From: an uncultured archaeon
GTDB lineage: Archaea; Asgardarchaeota; Lokiarchaeia; Sigyniarchaeales; SOKP01
Length of the DNA: 64,000 bases
Assembly: GCA_964486045.1 (NCBI GenBank)
Contig: CAZALK010000001.1
Coordinates: forward strand, 424,242-488,241
Direction: 5' to 3'
Under the pieces are notes generated by a model, which had not been told where the DNA came from, did not search any database, and was given only the letters and a program-made list of their open reading frames with translations. Position numbers and translations under genes: made by a program. Numbering within the stretch: position 1 is the first letter of the stretch; each line of letters starts with the position of its first letter. Positions 9,810 to 21,254 of the stretch are shown here, one piece after another.

Positions 9810-11168
9810 TTAGAGTTTATTATTTCTGAGAAGATCATCGATATTATAATTAAACGCATTAGGTAGTTCTCTCTCTATAAATTCTCCCGCGATGTTTTGA
9901 AGAAGCAAGTCTTTAATTTCTTCTGGATTATTTGTCTGCCCTAGCACCCAACCTAGCTTAGCATACCCAACTTCTGGCAATAGATTCCTACCGGGGATAA
10001 CACCCATATTTTGTAATTGTCTTCCAGTAGAATATACATTCATTCCCACAAAACCGTGTAGAGTTTGAGTAGTCATAAGAATGGTTATTCCTTCTTGAAT
10101 TGCTCTTTCGATCGAGTCATAGAGGGTTGTAGGTACATGACCTAATCCAGTTCCGGCTAAAACAATTCCTTTGTATCCTTTGTCAGTGAAAAAGTCGATC
10201 AATTCATTGTTAATTTCAGGATATGAATAAATAAGAGTGATTTTCTTTTCGAACTTCGTATTTGCCTTTGTTTCTGATTTGGATCTTTTTCTATAATCTT
10301 GAGTAAACATTTTAATTTCTCTATTTCTCACCATTCCTAATGGAATACTATTAATTGTTCTAAAAGTGTCTCTAACAGAAGAATGCATTTTTCTTACTAG
10401 TGTTCCTCGGTGGATTAAAGCATAGTCGTGAGATGAAGATCCCATCATTGATACAACGACTTGAGCGATATCAGAATTAGCAACGGTAGCAGCATTGATT
10501 AAATTTAAAGCGGCATCGGAGGATGGTCTATCAGAGCTTCTTTGACTTCCGACCAATACTACAGGAATTGATAAGTCCTTGAGCATAAATGACAAAGCAG
10601 CGCTCGTAAAAGACATCGTGTCTGTACCATGCCCTATCATAATTCCATCAACACCAGAATTGGCGGCATCCTCAACTTTTTTTGCTAATTTCTGCCAATA
10701 TTCATGCTTCATATTCTCTGATAAGATTTCAAAAACCATTTCACATTCAAGATTACATATTTCAGCTAATTCTGGAACAGCACTAAATAATTCTCCTGGT
10801 GTAAAGGAAGGAATTACTGCACCGGTTGTATAATCTAATCTTGAAGCGACTGTTCCACCAGTCCCTAAAAGCATTACATTAGGGAGTTCTTTATTTTTTG
10901 GAAATTCTTTCTTGGGGATTTTATAAAGTGCTTCTCTTTTTCCAATTTTTTTTATTTCTTTTATATCTGATGCTCTGATACCGATATTATAATTGTTTTC
11001 TAACTTTATTTCAATGTATTCTGGAGCGGAGTATTCTGTTCTTGGTAATACAATACCTTCATAGTCTGTCTTTTCTGTTTTAATTTGAATAATATCCCAT
11101 ATTTCAACATTATTGTTCTCTAGGAGTTTTTTCCCTTTTCCCTTATAACCTTTTAACTTTTCTATCAA
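9810..11168 (-). CDS. gatD: Glu-tRNA(Gln) amidotransferase subunit D
   Basis: GTGGTVASRLDYTTGAV, HGTDTM and SQRSSDRPSSD asparaginase-like motifs. Confidence 0.96.
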   Translation of the reverse strand: MIEKLKGYKGKGKKLLENNNVEIWDIIQIKTEKTDYEGIVLPRTEYSAPEYIEIKLENNYNIGIRASDIKEIKKIGKREALYKIPKKEFPKNKELPNVMLLGTGGTVASRLDYTTGAVIPSFTPGELFSAVPELAEICNLECEMVFEILSENMKHEYWQKLAKKVEDAANSGVDGIMIGHGTDTMSFTSAALSFMLKDLSIPVVLVGSQRSSDRPSSDAALNLINAATVANSDIAQVVVSMMGSSSHDYALIHRGTLVRKMHSSVRDTFRTINSIPLGMVRNREIKMFTQDYRKRSKSETKANTKFEKKITLIYSYPEINNELIDFFTDKGYKGIVLAGTGLGHVPTTLYDSIERAIQEGITILMTTQTLHGFVGMNVYSTGRQLQNMGVIPGRNLLPEVGYAKLGWVLGQTNNPEEIKDLLLQNIAGEFIERELPNAFNYNIDDLLRNNKL

Positions 11169-13088
11169 TTATTTCAACTCCTTCATTTTCTCATTTATAG
11201 CACTATTTAGTTCTCTTGAAACTACAGCCCCGTCTATTTTACCTCTGACTTTTTTCATAACTTCTCCCATTAAAGGCCCTTTTGCCCTCATTTCTTTTTC
11301 TTTTATTAACTTAATATTGCTGTTTACAATTTGAATTATTACTTGCTTCAAGTCTTCTTCTGTTATGCTTCCTAACTTTAAATTTTCTTTTATTTGCTTG
11401 ATAGATAGTTCCGGAGATTCTGCTTTTAAACTCATAAATTCTTCTACTGCTTCCTTACTGATTTCTTTGTTTTTTAAAAGGGTAAAGAGATTTATATAGA
11501 AATTTTCATCTATATTCTCAACTGTTTTCCCCTCTCTCCTTAAAGCCTTCGTAGTTTCTAGTAGAGTAGTAATAATAAGTGAAGGATTCTCTGAATAAAT
11601 TGTGATTAAATTATTGAATATTTTGATATTTCCTGTAAAAATCAGCTCTTTTATCAATCTTTCCTCTGTTTTGAATTTTATTGAATAATCTTTGATTAAA
11701 TCCCATGGATATTCAGGGAGATTTTTTGAAATTTCATCAATATCTTCTTCAGTATTCATAATTGCTTGTGAATCTGTGTCTGGATATAATCTTGCCCCTC
11801 CGTGTAACTCTCGCAAAAATTCAGTTTTTCCGTTTTCAAGAGCTCTTCTAGTTTCGGGAGGAACTCCTTTGAATGCTTCCTTTACCCTATTAATAGTCAC
11901 TATGAGAGCCTTCTCAATTTCTTTTTTAGTTCCTAATATCAAAACAAAGCAGTCTCCATCTCGTGAATCTAATTTTTCTTTAATTTTTAAAATATCATCA
12001 TCTGGGATTTTATAATTCTTTAAATCTTCATCGGAATGTATAATTCCTTTTAAACCAGAGATTAACGTGACTTTACTACTAATTTCAGTGCCAAACCGGT
12101 AATCTTTCATTAATTCTTTCCCAAATAGACCTTGAAATCCAATAAAGTTAATCCCAAATAATTTTTTCCCTGATTGAATCGCTTTAGAGAGAAAGTTTGA
12201 TTTAGAATTTTTCATTAAATTAGTAAGATCAACAGGATTTTCTGAAATACTCTTAGGGTTTAAGTTTCTTTTCTTTAATTCATCTTTGAGTTCAATTAAT
12301 TTTAACTGTCGTGAAATTTCATTAATAATTAAGACTGGGATCCAGTCTAGTTTTTGGACCCCTTTAATTTCAATTCTGGTTCCTGCTGCAATACTGACAT
12401 TAATATCTTGTCTAATCGATCCAAGAACCTTCTTTACTTTTGTTGACCATAATAATAATCCAATTCTTTCAGCAGTTTCTCGACATTCTTCAGGATTACG
12501 TATATCAGGCTTAGTAGTAACCTCTACCAATGGAATTCCAAGACGATCTAATCTGAAAAAGTTAGTTTTTTTCTCTGTTTTTATTTTCCTTGCAGCATCT
12601 TCTTCTAAGCTTAATAGATCTATGCCTATTTTTTTTCCATTCTCTAACGTAAGAAATCCGTCGGTCCCAAGTATCATTGTACGTTGAAACCCACACGGGA
12701 CACTCCCATCAAGGTAATTTTTTCTACAAACATGCATCTCTTCAATGATATTTGAATTAAGAAGTAAGGCAATTTCTAGCGCAATTTTTCTAGCTTCTGT
12801 ATTACACTCAAAAGGGGGAGTTTCATCAATTTCGTAAGTACATACGACATCATTGTAACCTTCATAAACAATGCCCATTCCTTTTTGGTACTCAGTTAAC
12901 ATTGCTTTATCATAATTACCTAGTTCTCCAAGGACAGGACGCATAGTTCGCTTAACAGTAAAATCTGGTTCTCTAGTACCTTGGAGATTTGAGGGACACC
13001 GACAAAATAACTTAGTATCCGTGTCTAATTGCTGGTGAATCTCAAGCCCGCACTTAAGCCCCAGTTTTTCATAATTAAACTCTTCCAT
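11169..13088 (-). CDS. gatE: Glu-tRNA(Gln) amidotransferase subunit E
   Basis: GLKCGLEIHQQL, DGSVPCGFQRT, RLDRLGIPLVE, GGARLYPDTD. Confidence 0.96.
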   Translation of the reverse strand: MEEFNYEKLGLKCGLEIHQQLDTDTKLFCRCPSNLQGTREPDFTVKRTMRPVLGELGNYDKAMLTEYQKGMGIVYEGYNDVVCTYEIDETPPFECNTEARKIALEIALLLNSNIIEEMHVCRKNYLDGSVPCGFQRTMILGTDGFLTLENGKKIGIDLLSLEEDAARKIKTEKKTNFFRLDRLGIPLVEVTTKPDIRNPEECRETAERIGLLLWSTKVKKVLGSIRQDINVSIAAGTRIEIKGVQKLDWIPVLIINEISRQLKLIELKDELKKRNLNPKSISENPVDLTNLMKNSKSNFLSKAIQSGKKLFGINFIGFQGLFGKELMKDYRFGTEISSKVTLISGLKGIIHSDEDLKNYKIPDDDILKIKEKLDSRDGDCFVLILGTKKEIEKALIVTINRVKEAFKGVPPETRRALENGKTEFLRELHGGARLYPDTDSQAIMNTEEDIDEISKNLPEYPWDLIKDYSIKFKTEERLIKELIFTGNIKIFNNLITIYSENPSLIITTLLETTKALRREGKTVENIDENFYINLFTLLKNKEISKEAVEEFMSLKAESPELSIKQIKENLKLGSITEEDLKQVIIQIVNSNIKLIKEKEMRAKGPLMGEVMKKVRGKIDGAVVSRELNSAINEKMKELK

Positions 13089-13573
13089 TTTAAATCACAT
13101 ATTAATTAATTTCTCAAGATTTTAATGGATCATTTTCAAAAAAAGTTTGGGGTATTATGATAACTCGGTCTTTAATGATGTTCCCGTTTTTCTTCTCCCG
13201 TTGAATATTAATTCAAATTGCCTTAGGTGATGAACTTAAAATGAAAAAAAGAAAAGGTTGTAAGAATATTTTAGAATATAAGTAGAAGGAGTTACCCCTA
13301 ACCGATAAGTACTACTAAGCTTGTGGAAGAGAAAAAAAATCATAATAGGGTAGTGGGGTAATAGATTTCTTAGGGCTTTCTTATGATTTATGAAGAAAGA
13401 CAGATGAAAGAAATTAGGATTTTTTTTAACCTTATTTTTAACCTTAATAAATAATCTTAGTGTCTAACTTCTCATTAAAAATTTAAATTCACAACCCAAT
13501 GAACTTACGGAAATTAAAAAATCTTCCAAGAGAAAAAAATTATTTTTTCTGGATGAAAGAGGCAACCTTCTTA

Positions 13574-14281
13574 TCATTCAAAATTGTTTTTAGGTCTTTC
13601 CCTTCCTGACGGCTTCCCATCCTTCTCCCTCCTCTTATTATTATCTGTTTCCTTAAATACATTCATTAAATCTTCTGGAGTAATTTTTGAGGCTCTATCG
13701 AGATCTTTCTCCTGACGTAGACTTATCGTTCGAAATCCTAAATCATAACCTTCTTTATCTCTTCCGTATTCTTTGATCAAAGTCTTCCAGAATCCGATTT
13801 TTTCATCTCTTAAGGATTTTAGGACGTCTTTTATACACCGAATTGTCAATTCAAGATCACCCTCATACCCTATATCAAACTTAAGAGGAGTTAATGCATT
13901 TTGATGCACTCCCTCTACCAAATCGCTGGGTAAATAGAATTTGTACTCCTGTAACTCGCTTAGATGATTATTTAATGAATTTTCGAGACTCCTGCTCTCA
14001 TTAAGATCATCCAAACCAAAATTTTTAAATAGCGTATTAACAATATTCCCAAAGTCATCCTCAGATTCTTGAGAGTAATTATCTGTTAAGGCCTCATTTT
14101 TTATCAGATTAAAAAGCCCAAAAAAAATCTTGCGGCAAAGCTTAGAAACATGATGTACAAACGCCCAACTCTCATTAATAGACAAATCTCGATGTGAATG
14201 ACTACTTTCAGCAGTAATGCTAACTTTATATGCACCCTCGGTAAAAGGTGATATTCCTTCTTTCTCTTCCATTCTTATCAC
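13574..14281 (-). CDS. Hypothetical protein
   Basis: 235-aa ORF, no recognised motif. Confidence 0.6.
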   Translation of the reverse strand: MIRMEEKEGISPFTEGAYKVSITAESSHSHRDLSINESWAFVHHVSKLCRKIFFGLFNLIKNEALTDNYSQESEDDFGNIVNTLFKNFGLDDLNESRSLENSLNNHLSELQEYKFYLPSDLVEGVHQNALTPLKFDIGYEGDLELTIRCIKDVLKSLRDEKIGFWKTLIKEYGRDKEGYDLGFRTISLRQEKDLDRASKITPEDLMNVFKETDNNKRREKDGKPSGRERPKNNFE

Positions 14282-14333
14282 AATATAAATAATTATAATT
14301 TATGTCTCAATTTAAGCTACCTTTAAGGAAATG

Positions 14334-15410
14334 CTATTTCAAGTAATAAATTCCCTCAATTTCGGAGAGTTCTGAAGATTTTGAGAGATAATCAAACAAG
14401 TAATGTTTTTGTTCTTTATTTTTTTCGATTACTTGCTCAACCCGAAAGGATAGGTTCTTAATATTCTCAATTCTAATCCAATGTAGCTTATTAAAGAATA
14501 GTAATATTTTTGCGAAAAATTCTTCCTTCCTTCCAAATTTTCGTAATTGAATCTCGATATTCTTAATCCATTTATTAAATGCTATTTGATTTTTGAAGGA
14601 TATAAATATCTCATTATCCTCAGCTAACTTCATCCATAAATAAAAGTCTTTATCATCAAGCATTCTATTGTAATTTGTTATATAATCTACATTCTCTTCT
14701 ATTAGTTTTAGTCTTTCCTTCTTTGCTAGTTCCTCTTTATTAAACAAAAGATCTGTTTCAATGAGTTCAAATCTACAATAATAATCGTCCGGAGAATAGA
14801 TAAAATCTGTTACCCGAATACCTAATATTGCAAAGATAGCAGCGAAAAACTTACAGTTTTCAAAATGAAGATTCCTGTATTTTCCTATAAACTCCAGTGT
14901 TCCTCTAGCTGGTGCATTATTTTTACCTAAGTTCATTTCAATTCTCATATCTTTTGATACATTGGTCTTCGCATAGCGACTCCGTATCCTTTCGAAAAAA
15001 ATTTCGAGATCCTTAAAATTATGTGATCTGACTTCTCTTTTAAACATATCTAGATACATTAACAAAAAACGGGTATTGAATTCAAACGAAAAGGGGGAAT
15101 AACGATGGTCCTCTACAACCATTTCATAAAGCGGAATTGTAGCTTGAAAGGTAAACCGATCAAAAAATTTTTTAATTTTTTTATCTTCAATTTTTTCAAG
15201 ATCGTCTAGGGTCTTACCTTTTTTATATAGGCTCAAAAGTTTTTCCATAACATATCCATAGAAAGCTGAGACACTTTTGAACCTATCATCTTCTTGGTTT
15301 TTTTGGTGATTTACGTGTACATGCCTAATTATCCAATCTTTAAGCGCAGGACTAATAGAAATTGTTTGTTGTGCTGTTTTTTTATTTGAAAGGAATTTTT
15401 TTGATGACAT
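14334..15410 (-). CDS. Hypothetical protein with N-terminal RHH-like segment
   Basis: 358 aa; QQTISISPALKDWI...SVSAF; paralog of 15760..16839. Confidence 0.7.
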   Translation of the reverse strand: MSSKKFLSNKKTAQQTISISPALKDWIIRHVHVNHQKNQEDDRFKSVSAFYGYVMEKLLSLYKKGKTLDDLEKIEDKKIKKFFDRFTFQATIPLYEMVVEDHRYSPFSFEFNTRFLLMYLDMFKREVRSHNFKDLEIFFERIRSRYAKTNVSKDMRIEMNLGKNNAPARGTLEFIGKYRNLHFENCKFFAAIFAILGIRVTDFIYSPDDYYCRFELIETDLLFNKEELAKKERLKLIEENVDYITNYNRMLDDKDFYLWMKLAEDNEIFISFKNQIAFNKWIKNIEIQLRKFGRKEEFFAKILLFFNKLHWIRIENIKNLSFRVEQVIEKNKEQKHYLFDYLSKSSELSEIEGIYYLK

Positions 15411-15759
15411 GATTAATAAAATAAAATTTTAACTAATTATTAAATATTTAGTAGATAAGATTTGCTAAATTTTTTAATTCATATTTCTCATTGATTAAGA
15501 AGATTGAATATTTACCAATTACCAAAATACATATTATCCATTACAATATTTTCATTATAAATTTCTTTACATTCACTTTTTTAACATATTTTTTCCATAT
15601 TTAAGATTTTTTAATCCTATCATATTACTTTTTAAAGAAATTAATATGATTAATAATTAGACAACAAAATCAAGGGGAATGACGGGATTCTTTAAGAAAA
15701 TTAAGACAAAAACCAGGGAATAAAAAAACAGGAATATAAAAGGTTGAGATCTATTTTCT

Positions 15760-16839
15760 CTATACCTCTAATTCCTTTTTTTTTAAATAATGCTTTCCAT
15801 TTGCTTCTGTAACAGAAGAATGCTTTGATAGGGAATTTAATAAAAATTCAATTTCATTTTGATATTTCATTTTGGATAATCTAATTTGAAATACCAACTC
15901 TTTCTCATTTTCAATTTCGATCCAATGAAAACTCTCAAAAAGCCTTAACATATTAAGATGGTAATCGTCTTTTTCCCCGAATTTCTCAATTTCACTTTCG
16001 ATTAAATTTACCCATTCCTGTTTTGTTTTTTCATTAATAAATGAGATTATAGCATTCTTATCTTCAGCAATTTTCATCCATAGGTAATAATCTTTATCCT
16101 CTATTATTCTTTTGTAATTAATAAGATAAGATAGATTATGTTCTATCACCTTGATCCTTTCTCTTTTTGCAAGTTCTTTTCGATAAGTCAAATCTGTAGT
16201 TTTTACACTAAACCTACAATAATTATTTTTTCTAGAATACATTAAATTAGTTATTTTTACTCCTAAAAGGCCGAATACGGCAGCAGACAATTTAATATTC
16301 TCAAAACTTAATTCTTTATATAGTCCAGTATACTCAAAAACTCCAGTCAGATTTTCACTACCTTTTCCAGTAAAAAGATCTAACTTGAATTCTTTAGAAA
16401 TATTGTTGGAAAGAATATAGTTTCTCATCCTATTGAAAAAGTTTTTAATACTCTTAATATCATGTACATCCATCTGGGATGTCCACAACCTTCTTAATGT
16501 ATAGAAAAAAAAGGGATTCTTTTCTATAGTAGGATTAGAGTAGCGATTTGGACGAACAGAAGGTTCGTAATAAGGAATTAGAGCACTAAAAGATACTTTT
16601 TCAAAAAAGTCTTTCATTTCACTATCAACAAAACTTTCAAAATCATCAAGTGTTTTTCCTTTATCAAAACAATCAAGAGATTTTTCCATGATACTAGTAT
16701 AAAAAGCTGAAATGCTTCTAAACCTTTTATCATTAGGATGCTTCTCATGATTAACCATGACGTATTCTTCAATTCTCCCTTTAAGTTCATGACTAATAGA
16801 AATTGTTTGTTGAGATGTCTTTTTTTTGATTGATGACAT
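15760..16839 (-). CDS. Hypothetical protein with N-terminal RHH-like segment (tandem paralog)
   Basis: Shares QQTISIS, KGKTLDD, YCRF and YLWMKxAED with 14334..15410. Confidence 0.7.
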   Translation of the reverse strand: MSSIKKKTSQQTISISHELKGRIEEYVMVNHEKHPNDKRFRSISAFYTSIMEKSLDCFDKGKTLDDFESFVDSEMKDFFEKVSFSALIPYYEPSVRPNRYSNPTIEKNPFFFYTLRRLWTSQMDVHDIKSIKNFFNRMRNYILSNNISKEFKLDLFTGKGSENLTGVFEYTGLYKELSFENIKLSAAVFGLLGVKITNLMYSRKNNYCRFSVKTTDLTYRKELAKRERIKVIEHNLSYLINYKRIIEDKDYYLWMKIAEDKNAIISFINEKTKQEWVNLIESEIEKFGEKDDYHLNMLRLFESFHWIEIENEKELVFQIRLSKMKYQNEIEFLLNSLSKHSSVTEANGKHYLKKKELEV

Positions 16840-17177
16840 TTTTTTGCCGATAACCCTATTTTTTGACTTGATATATATTATTATCTATTATATATTAAGT
16901 TATAAAAAAACCGAAATTTTTAAATAAAAGTAGAAATAGTTAACCACTTTTGTTTTTAGATGATACAATTTTACCAAGAAAAGTTGTAATAACTTAAAAT
17001 CTCCACGGGACTAAAAATAATATCTGGTTTCAGACTTTGCAGTTTTCAAATCCTAATACTATTATTTATATATAAGTTTAATAGAGAGAAAATTAGAAAA
17101 AATTCCTTGAAAATTAGGGGGAGGGAGTAAAATCTTATTTATCTCTTCTTTAGGAAGTATTTAAAAAGGAATATTCA

Positions 17178-18803
17178 TTAAAGAAGAGATTTAGAAACAT
17201 ATACTCCATCTAATTTATATCCTAACTCATAGAACCAATCTCTAACACCAATTCCGCTAATTACTGCTAACTTCTTGGCGTCAAAATTCTCAACAGATAT
17301 TTTTTCAGCCTCTTTCATCAATAATCTACCAAATCCCCGATGTTGGATTTGAGAGACTCGATTTGGCTTAAAATCTTTGGGAACCAACTCTCCGACAACT
17401 TTAATTTCCCTAACAATTAAAGTCCTTCCATCATTTAATTCTGTTCTGTGAGCGAATTTAGACGGTTTTCTTAAGCGTAAATAACCTAATAAATTTCCTT
17501 CATTTTTATTTTCATAAGAAAGGAAGACTTCATCACCTTGAGAAGCTTTATAATCTTGTCTATAGAGTTTCATTTGATTCAGAGATATATTATCAATAGT
17601 TTGATTTCTAGTAGTTATCCCATATTCTCTACATCTTATGCAATTACATTTCTTTCCTGATTTTTTTAACCTTTCATGGACGAGTTGCCTTAGATTGCTA
17701 TTTTTGCAACCAGCTTGTATCAAAGTGGCAGGAATATCTCTCATAATTCTTTGAATTCTTACATAAGAAGGAATTTTTTGTTTCACATTTGCGATCAACT
17801 CAATTAGTTCTTCTGTATCATATGGTTCATACTTTCCATTCTCCCACCAATCATATAAAACCGTTCCTTTAATTACCAGACAAGGATAAATTTTAAGCAT
17901 ATCAGGTCTGTATTGTGGATTGGAATAGAGAGTATTAAATAATTCGATATCTTTTGAATAGTTGCTCCCCGGAAGGTTTGGCATAATATGTGCGTTAACT
18001 TTTAATCCTGCATCTTTTGCGATTCTAATCGCTTCAATACTGTCAATTGAGGTATGACCTCTTTTAACCAATTTATAAATATCATCATAAACAGTTTGTA
18101 TGCCTAGTTCAACTCGGGTTGTTCCATAGCTGAGCATTCTGTCGACATGATTTTCTTTACAATAATCTGGTCGGGTTTCAATGGTAATTCCTATAACTCT
18201 TCTTTTGGAGCTTTCAGCGAGTTTTTTAACCTCTTCCAAGTTTATTGCTCGTTGTTCAATGGCTCCCTCAAGTGCACCCTTAATGAAATTTTGTTGATAC
18301 TCGAGATCTGTAGATAAGAATGTGCCACCCATACAAATAAGCTCAATTTTGTCTACACTATGACCGATGGCTTCCAAATCTCTGATCCTACTTTGAACTT
18401 GTTTATAAGGATCATAATTATTATGAATAGATCTCATGGCTGCGGGTTCTCGACCAGTATAGGATTGAGCTACTTTTTCACCTGGTTGTGAATCTTGTCC
18501 AGGACAGTAAATACAATTTCCTGGACATGGAAGTGGTTTAGTCATTATTGCTATAACAGAGACGCCAGATAATGTTCTAGTAGATCTTCTTTTCAGAATC
18601 GGGAGAACAATTTCTTTTTCGTCTGGAGTTGCATAATCCAAGATTGTCGCATTCTTAATAACTTTTTTGTAGTTATATCTTTTTCCTATTTTACCTTTAA
18701 TATTAGTAATTTTATGGCGCTTAGTTTTTGGGTTTTTTATTAGATAATTTATTACTTCCCTTGAAATTTTTCTTGCGTTGTCGTTATTTGTTGAGTCACT
18801 CAT
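17178..18803 (-). CDS. elp3: tRNA uridine(34) acetyltransferase Elp3
   Basis: RTLSGVSVIAIMTKP, CPGNCIYCP radical SAM motif, C-terminal GNAT QHRGFG, ISGIGVR. Confidence 0.96.
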   Translation of the reverse strand: MSDSTNNDNARKISREVINYLIKNPKTKRHKITNIKGKIGKRYNYKKVIKNATILDYATPDEKEIVLPILKRRSTRTLSGVSVIAIMTKPLPCPGNCIYCPGQDSQPGEKVAQSYTGREPAAMRSIHNNYDPYKQVQSRIRDLEAIGHSVDKIELICMGGTFLSTDLEYQQNFIKGALEGAIEQRAINLEEVKKLAESSKRRVIGITIETRPDYCKENHVDRMLSYGTTRVELGIQTVYDDIYKLVKRGHTSIDSIEAIRIAKDAGLKVNAHIMPNLPGSNYSKDIELFNTLYSNPQYRPDMLKIYPCLVIKGTVLYDWWENGKYEPYDTEELIELIANVKQKIPSYVRIQRIMRDIPATLIQAGCKNSNLRQLVHERLKKSGKKCNCIRCREYGITTRNQTIDNISLNQMKLYRQDYKASQGDEVFLSYENKNEGNLLGYLRLRKPSKFAHRTELNDGRTLIVREIKVVGELVPKDFKPNRVSQIQHRGFGRLLMKEAEKISVENFDAKKLAVISGIGVRDWFYELGYKLDGVYVSKSLL

Positions 18804-18870
18804 TATTCAAGATGGATTATTAAGGCATCAGAAAAAAATTTTTACAAATTCCTTCTAATATTGGTGGAAA

Positions 18871-19749
18871 TTATTTTATCATGATTTTTTTACCTGTGAA
18901 ATCTCGTCGATACTTCCCCAAATCTTCCATTCTTCTCAAATCTTTAGATCTAAAAACAGGTCCATCCTTACAAACTAATAATCCTAATGGATCTATTGAA
19001 CATAACCCGCATAAACCACACCCACATCTCATTATTCGTTCGAGACTAGCCTGAAGTTCAATATCATATCTTTCACATATCTGGAATATCTTATAAATCA
19101 TTTTTTCGGGACCACAAGCATATACTATAATGTTGGAAATTTCATTTTTTGTATATTCATTAATTAGGCTTTCTAATCTTTTAGGAGCACGACCTTTAAA
19201 TTTAGAATTATAAAATTTCTTAACTGAAGACCCACCAATCTTAGCATCATCAAACTCTACACATAGGTTGATATCCGATTGACTAAGATTAAAATTTAGA
19301 AAATCCTCTACAAAAATGGCTTTGGATTCATCTTCTATAGCATTAATAAAGTGAAAAGCAATTTTGGAGGCATTTAATTTAGTAGCGAGGTATTTAAGCG
19401 CAGCATTCCCAAGTCCACCTCCGACTAATATAATATTTTTAGATCCATTATTTGGTAGTTTAAAATAATTACCTAATGGTCCTCTAACACCGATAAAGTC
19501 ACCTACTTCTAAATTATGTATCGTATTTGTACAATCGCCCACATTTTTTACTGTAATAGCCCAATTACCATTTTCATCAAAATCTGATAATGACATTGGA
19601 ATTTCATCGACTCCTGGTACCCATATCATGACAAATTGTCCTGGTTTTGGGGTTTTTGCATTAAAATTATTGAATGTAATGGTTTTTACCCCAACACATT
19701 CATCAATTATACTTTCAATTCTCACTGTTTTTATGGTGTTTTCAGTCAA
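18871..19749 (-). CDS. pyrK: Dihydroorotate dehydrogenase electron transfer subunit
   Basis: PGQFVMIW, RGPLGN, MRCGCGLCGLC...VCKDGPVF. Confidence 0.92.
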   Translation of the reverse strand: MTENTIKTVRIESIIDECVGVKTITFNNFNAKTPKPGQFVMIWVPGVDEIPMSLSDFDENGNWAITVKNVGDCTNTIHNLEVGDFIGVRGPLGNYFKLPNNGSKNIILVGGGLGNAALKYLATKLNASKIAFHFINAIEDESKAIFVEDFLNFNLSQSDINLCVEFDDAKIGGSSVKKFYNSKFKGRAPKRLESLINEYTKNEISNIIVYACGPEKMIYKIFQICERYDIELQASLERIMRCGCGLCGLCSIDPLGLLVCKDGPVFRSKDLRRMEDLGKYRRDFTGKKIMIK

Positions 19750-20668
19750 AATCGGGCACCTTTTGAGTTTTAAATTGATGGGATAAACCCTTAATATCCT
19801 TTATGGATTTGAATTTATTCTCTTTTAGATAATTAATTATTCCTTTATTAATTTCTGAAATAATTTCTGCACCATTATATAATGCGGTTCCAATTTGCAC
19901 CGCTGAAGCTCCAGCAAGAAAAAATTCCACCACATCCGCCCATGAATCTATTCCTCCACACCCTATAATGGGTATCTTTAAAACTTTATATAAATCATAA
20001 ACTTTTTTCACTGCAATTGGATGAATTGCTTTCCCAGAGAGGCCGCCACTTCCATGTGATAAAATTGGTCTTTTTGTGTTAATATCAATTTTCAATGCTG
20101 CTACTGTATTTATCGCTACTACTCCATTAGCACCTCCGTTTTCAGCCGCTATGGCTATTTCTTCAATATTTGTAACATTCGGGTTTAATTTGACAAAAAG
20201 AGGTATAGAAATCGTTTCTTTTAGAAATTTGATAAGTTCATTGGTTAAGTCTTTGTCAATGCCTATTGATGAAACTTCAGCATGTGGGCAAGAAATATTA
20301 ACTTCAATGGCATCTGCTCCAGCTTTTTCAGCCTTAGTTGCCACTTCGCAATAGATTTCGTTAGTCTCTCCAAACACACTTACTATTAGTGGAATGTTGT
20401 GATTTTTTATTTCCTTTATTTCGGAGACAAAATTTTCTATTCCAGGATTACCCAAACCAACTGCATTCATAAAAGTACCTGGATAGATCTCAATAATCGA
20501 GGGATTTTTGTATCCCTTTCTAGGTATAGGCCCTATAGATTTAGTAGTGACTGCACCTGCTCCGGAATCAATGACTCTTTTCATTGAAGAATAAGATACT
20601 CCCAGAATACCAGATGCTAAAATGATCGGAGATTTTAACTTTAAACCAGCGAGATTTATTTCAAGCAT
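19742..20668 (-). CDS. pyrD: Dihydroorotate dehydrogenase (class 1B)
   Basis: ILASG, TTKS, NISCPH, KLNPN, INT, GGLSG. Confidence 0.95.
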   Translation of the reverse strand: MLEINLAGLKLKSPIILASGILGVSYSSMKRVIDSGAGAVTTKSIGPIPRKGYKNPSIIEIYPGTFMNAVGLGNPGIENFVSEIKEIKNHNIPLIVSVFGETNEIYCEVATKAEKAGADAIEVNISCPHAEVSSIGIDKDLTNELIKFLKETISIPLFVKLNPNVTNIEEIAIAAENGGANGVVAINTVAALKIDINTKRPILSHGSGGLSGKAIHPIAVKKVYDLYKVLKIPIIGCGGIDSWADVVEFFLAGASAVQIGTALYNGAEIISEINKGIINYLKENKFKSIKDIKGLSHQFKTQKVPDFD

Positions 20669-20688
20669 TTTTTTAAGAAAATAATGAT

Positions 20689-20706
20689 TATAATGTTATA
20701 ATAATT
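20689..20706 (+). repeat. Candidate attL
   Basis: TATAATGTTATAATAATT, 17/18 identical to 48015..48032; AT-rich, so a chance match cannot be excluded. Confidence 0.55.
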
Positions 20707-21167
20707 CTTTAAAATGGATTATAATTATCCAAAATACCATAAAAGCACTTTCATCTTAACCAAATCTTAATTATAATTAATATATTTTATTTAATATATC
20801 TTTTGATTTATTTAATTCTATAAAATAATTTTACTTCTTTAAGTTAATTAATATAGATTAACTTCACTAATAAAAATTTAAAAAAGAATCTTTAAATTTA
20901 TAACCGCAATAAAACCTTCTATAAACATAAAAAATTTATTAAATTTCTAAAATCTTTGATCTCTTCTAATAGTTTCTTGCTTCAAAATAAATATTTAATA
21001 GAATGACTTTCAACTTGGTTCTCACACTTTTTAGTAAAAAATAAAGGAGTATTAATTCTTAAATTTATAATTATGATTTCAATAACTGAATATATATAAT
21101 ATTTATTTCTCATTAGTAAATCATTATAGTCCATAAATTTATATTGATGAATTTCTTATATAATCAT

Positions 21168-21254
21168 AGAAACGGTCAGAGGGATGTGGGTTTTACTCAC
21201 TAACCTCAATCGCTGATTAGTAGAGATAATTATTTACTTTAATTATCCTCTACT
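21168..21254 (+). ncRNA. Candidate structured RNA adjacent to the DUF3800 gene
   Basis: GC-richer island with nested stems TCAG/CTGA, GAGG/CCTC, GTGGGT/ACTCAC, followed by hairpin AGTAGAG-ATAATTA/TAATTAT-C-CTCTACT. Confidence 0.5.

Noticed and set aside
19190-19260. Apparent insertion in pyrK as a second mRNA intron
   Set aside because: In frame, no stop codon, and no convincing 4-bp helix with two bulges.
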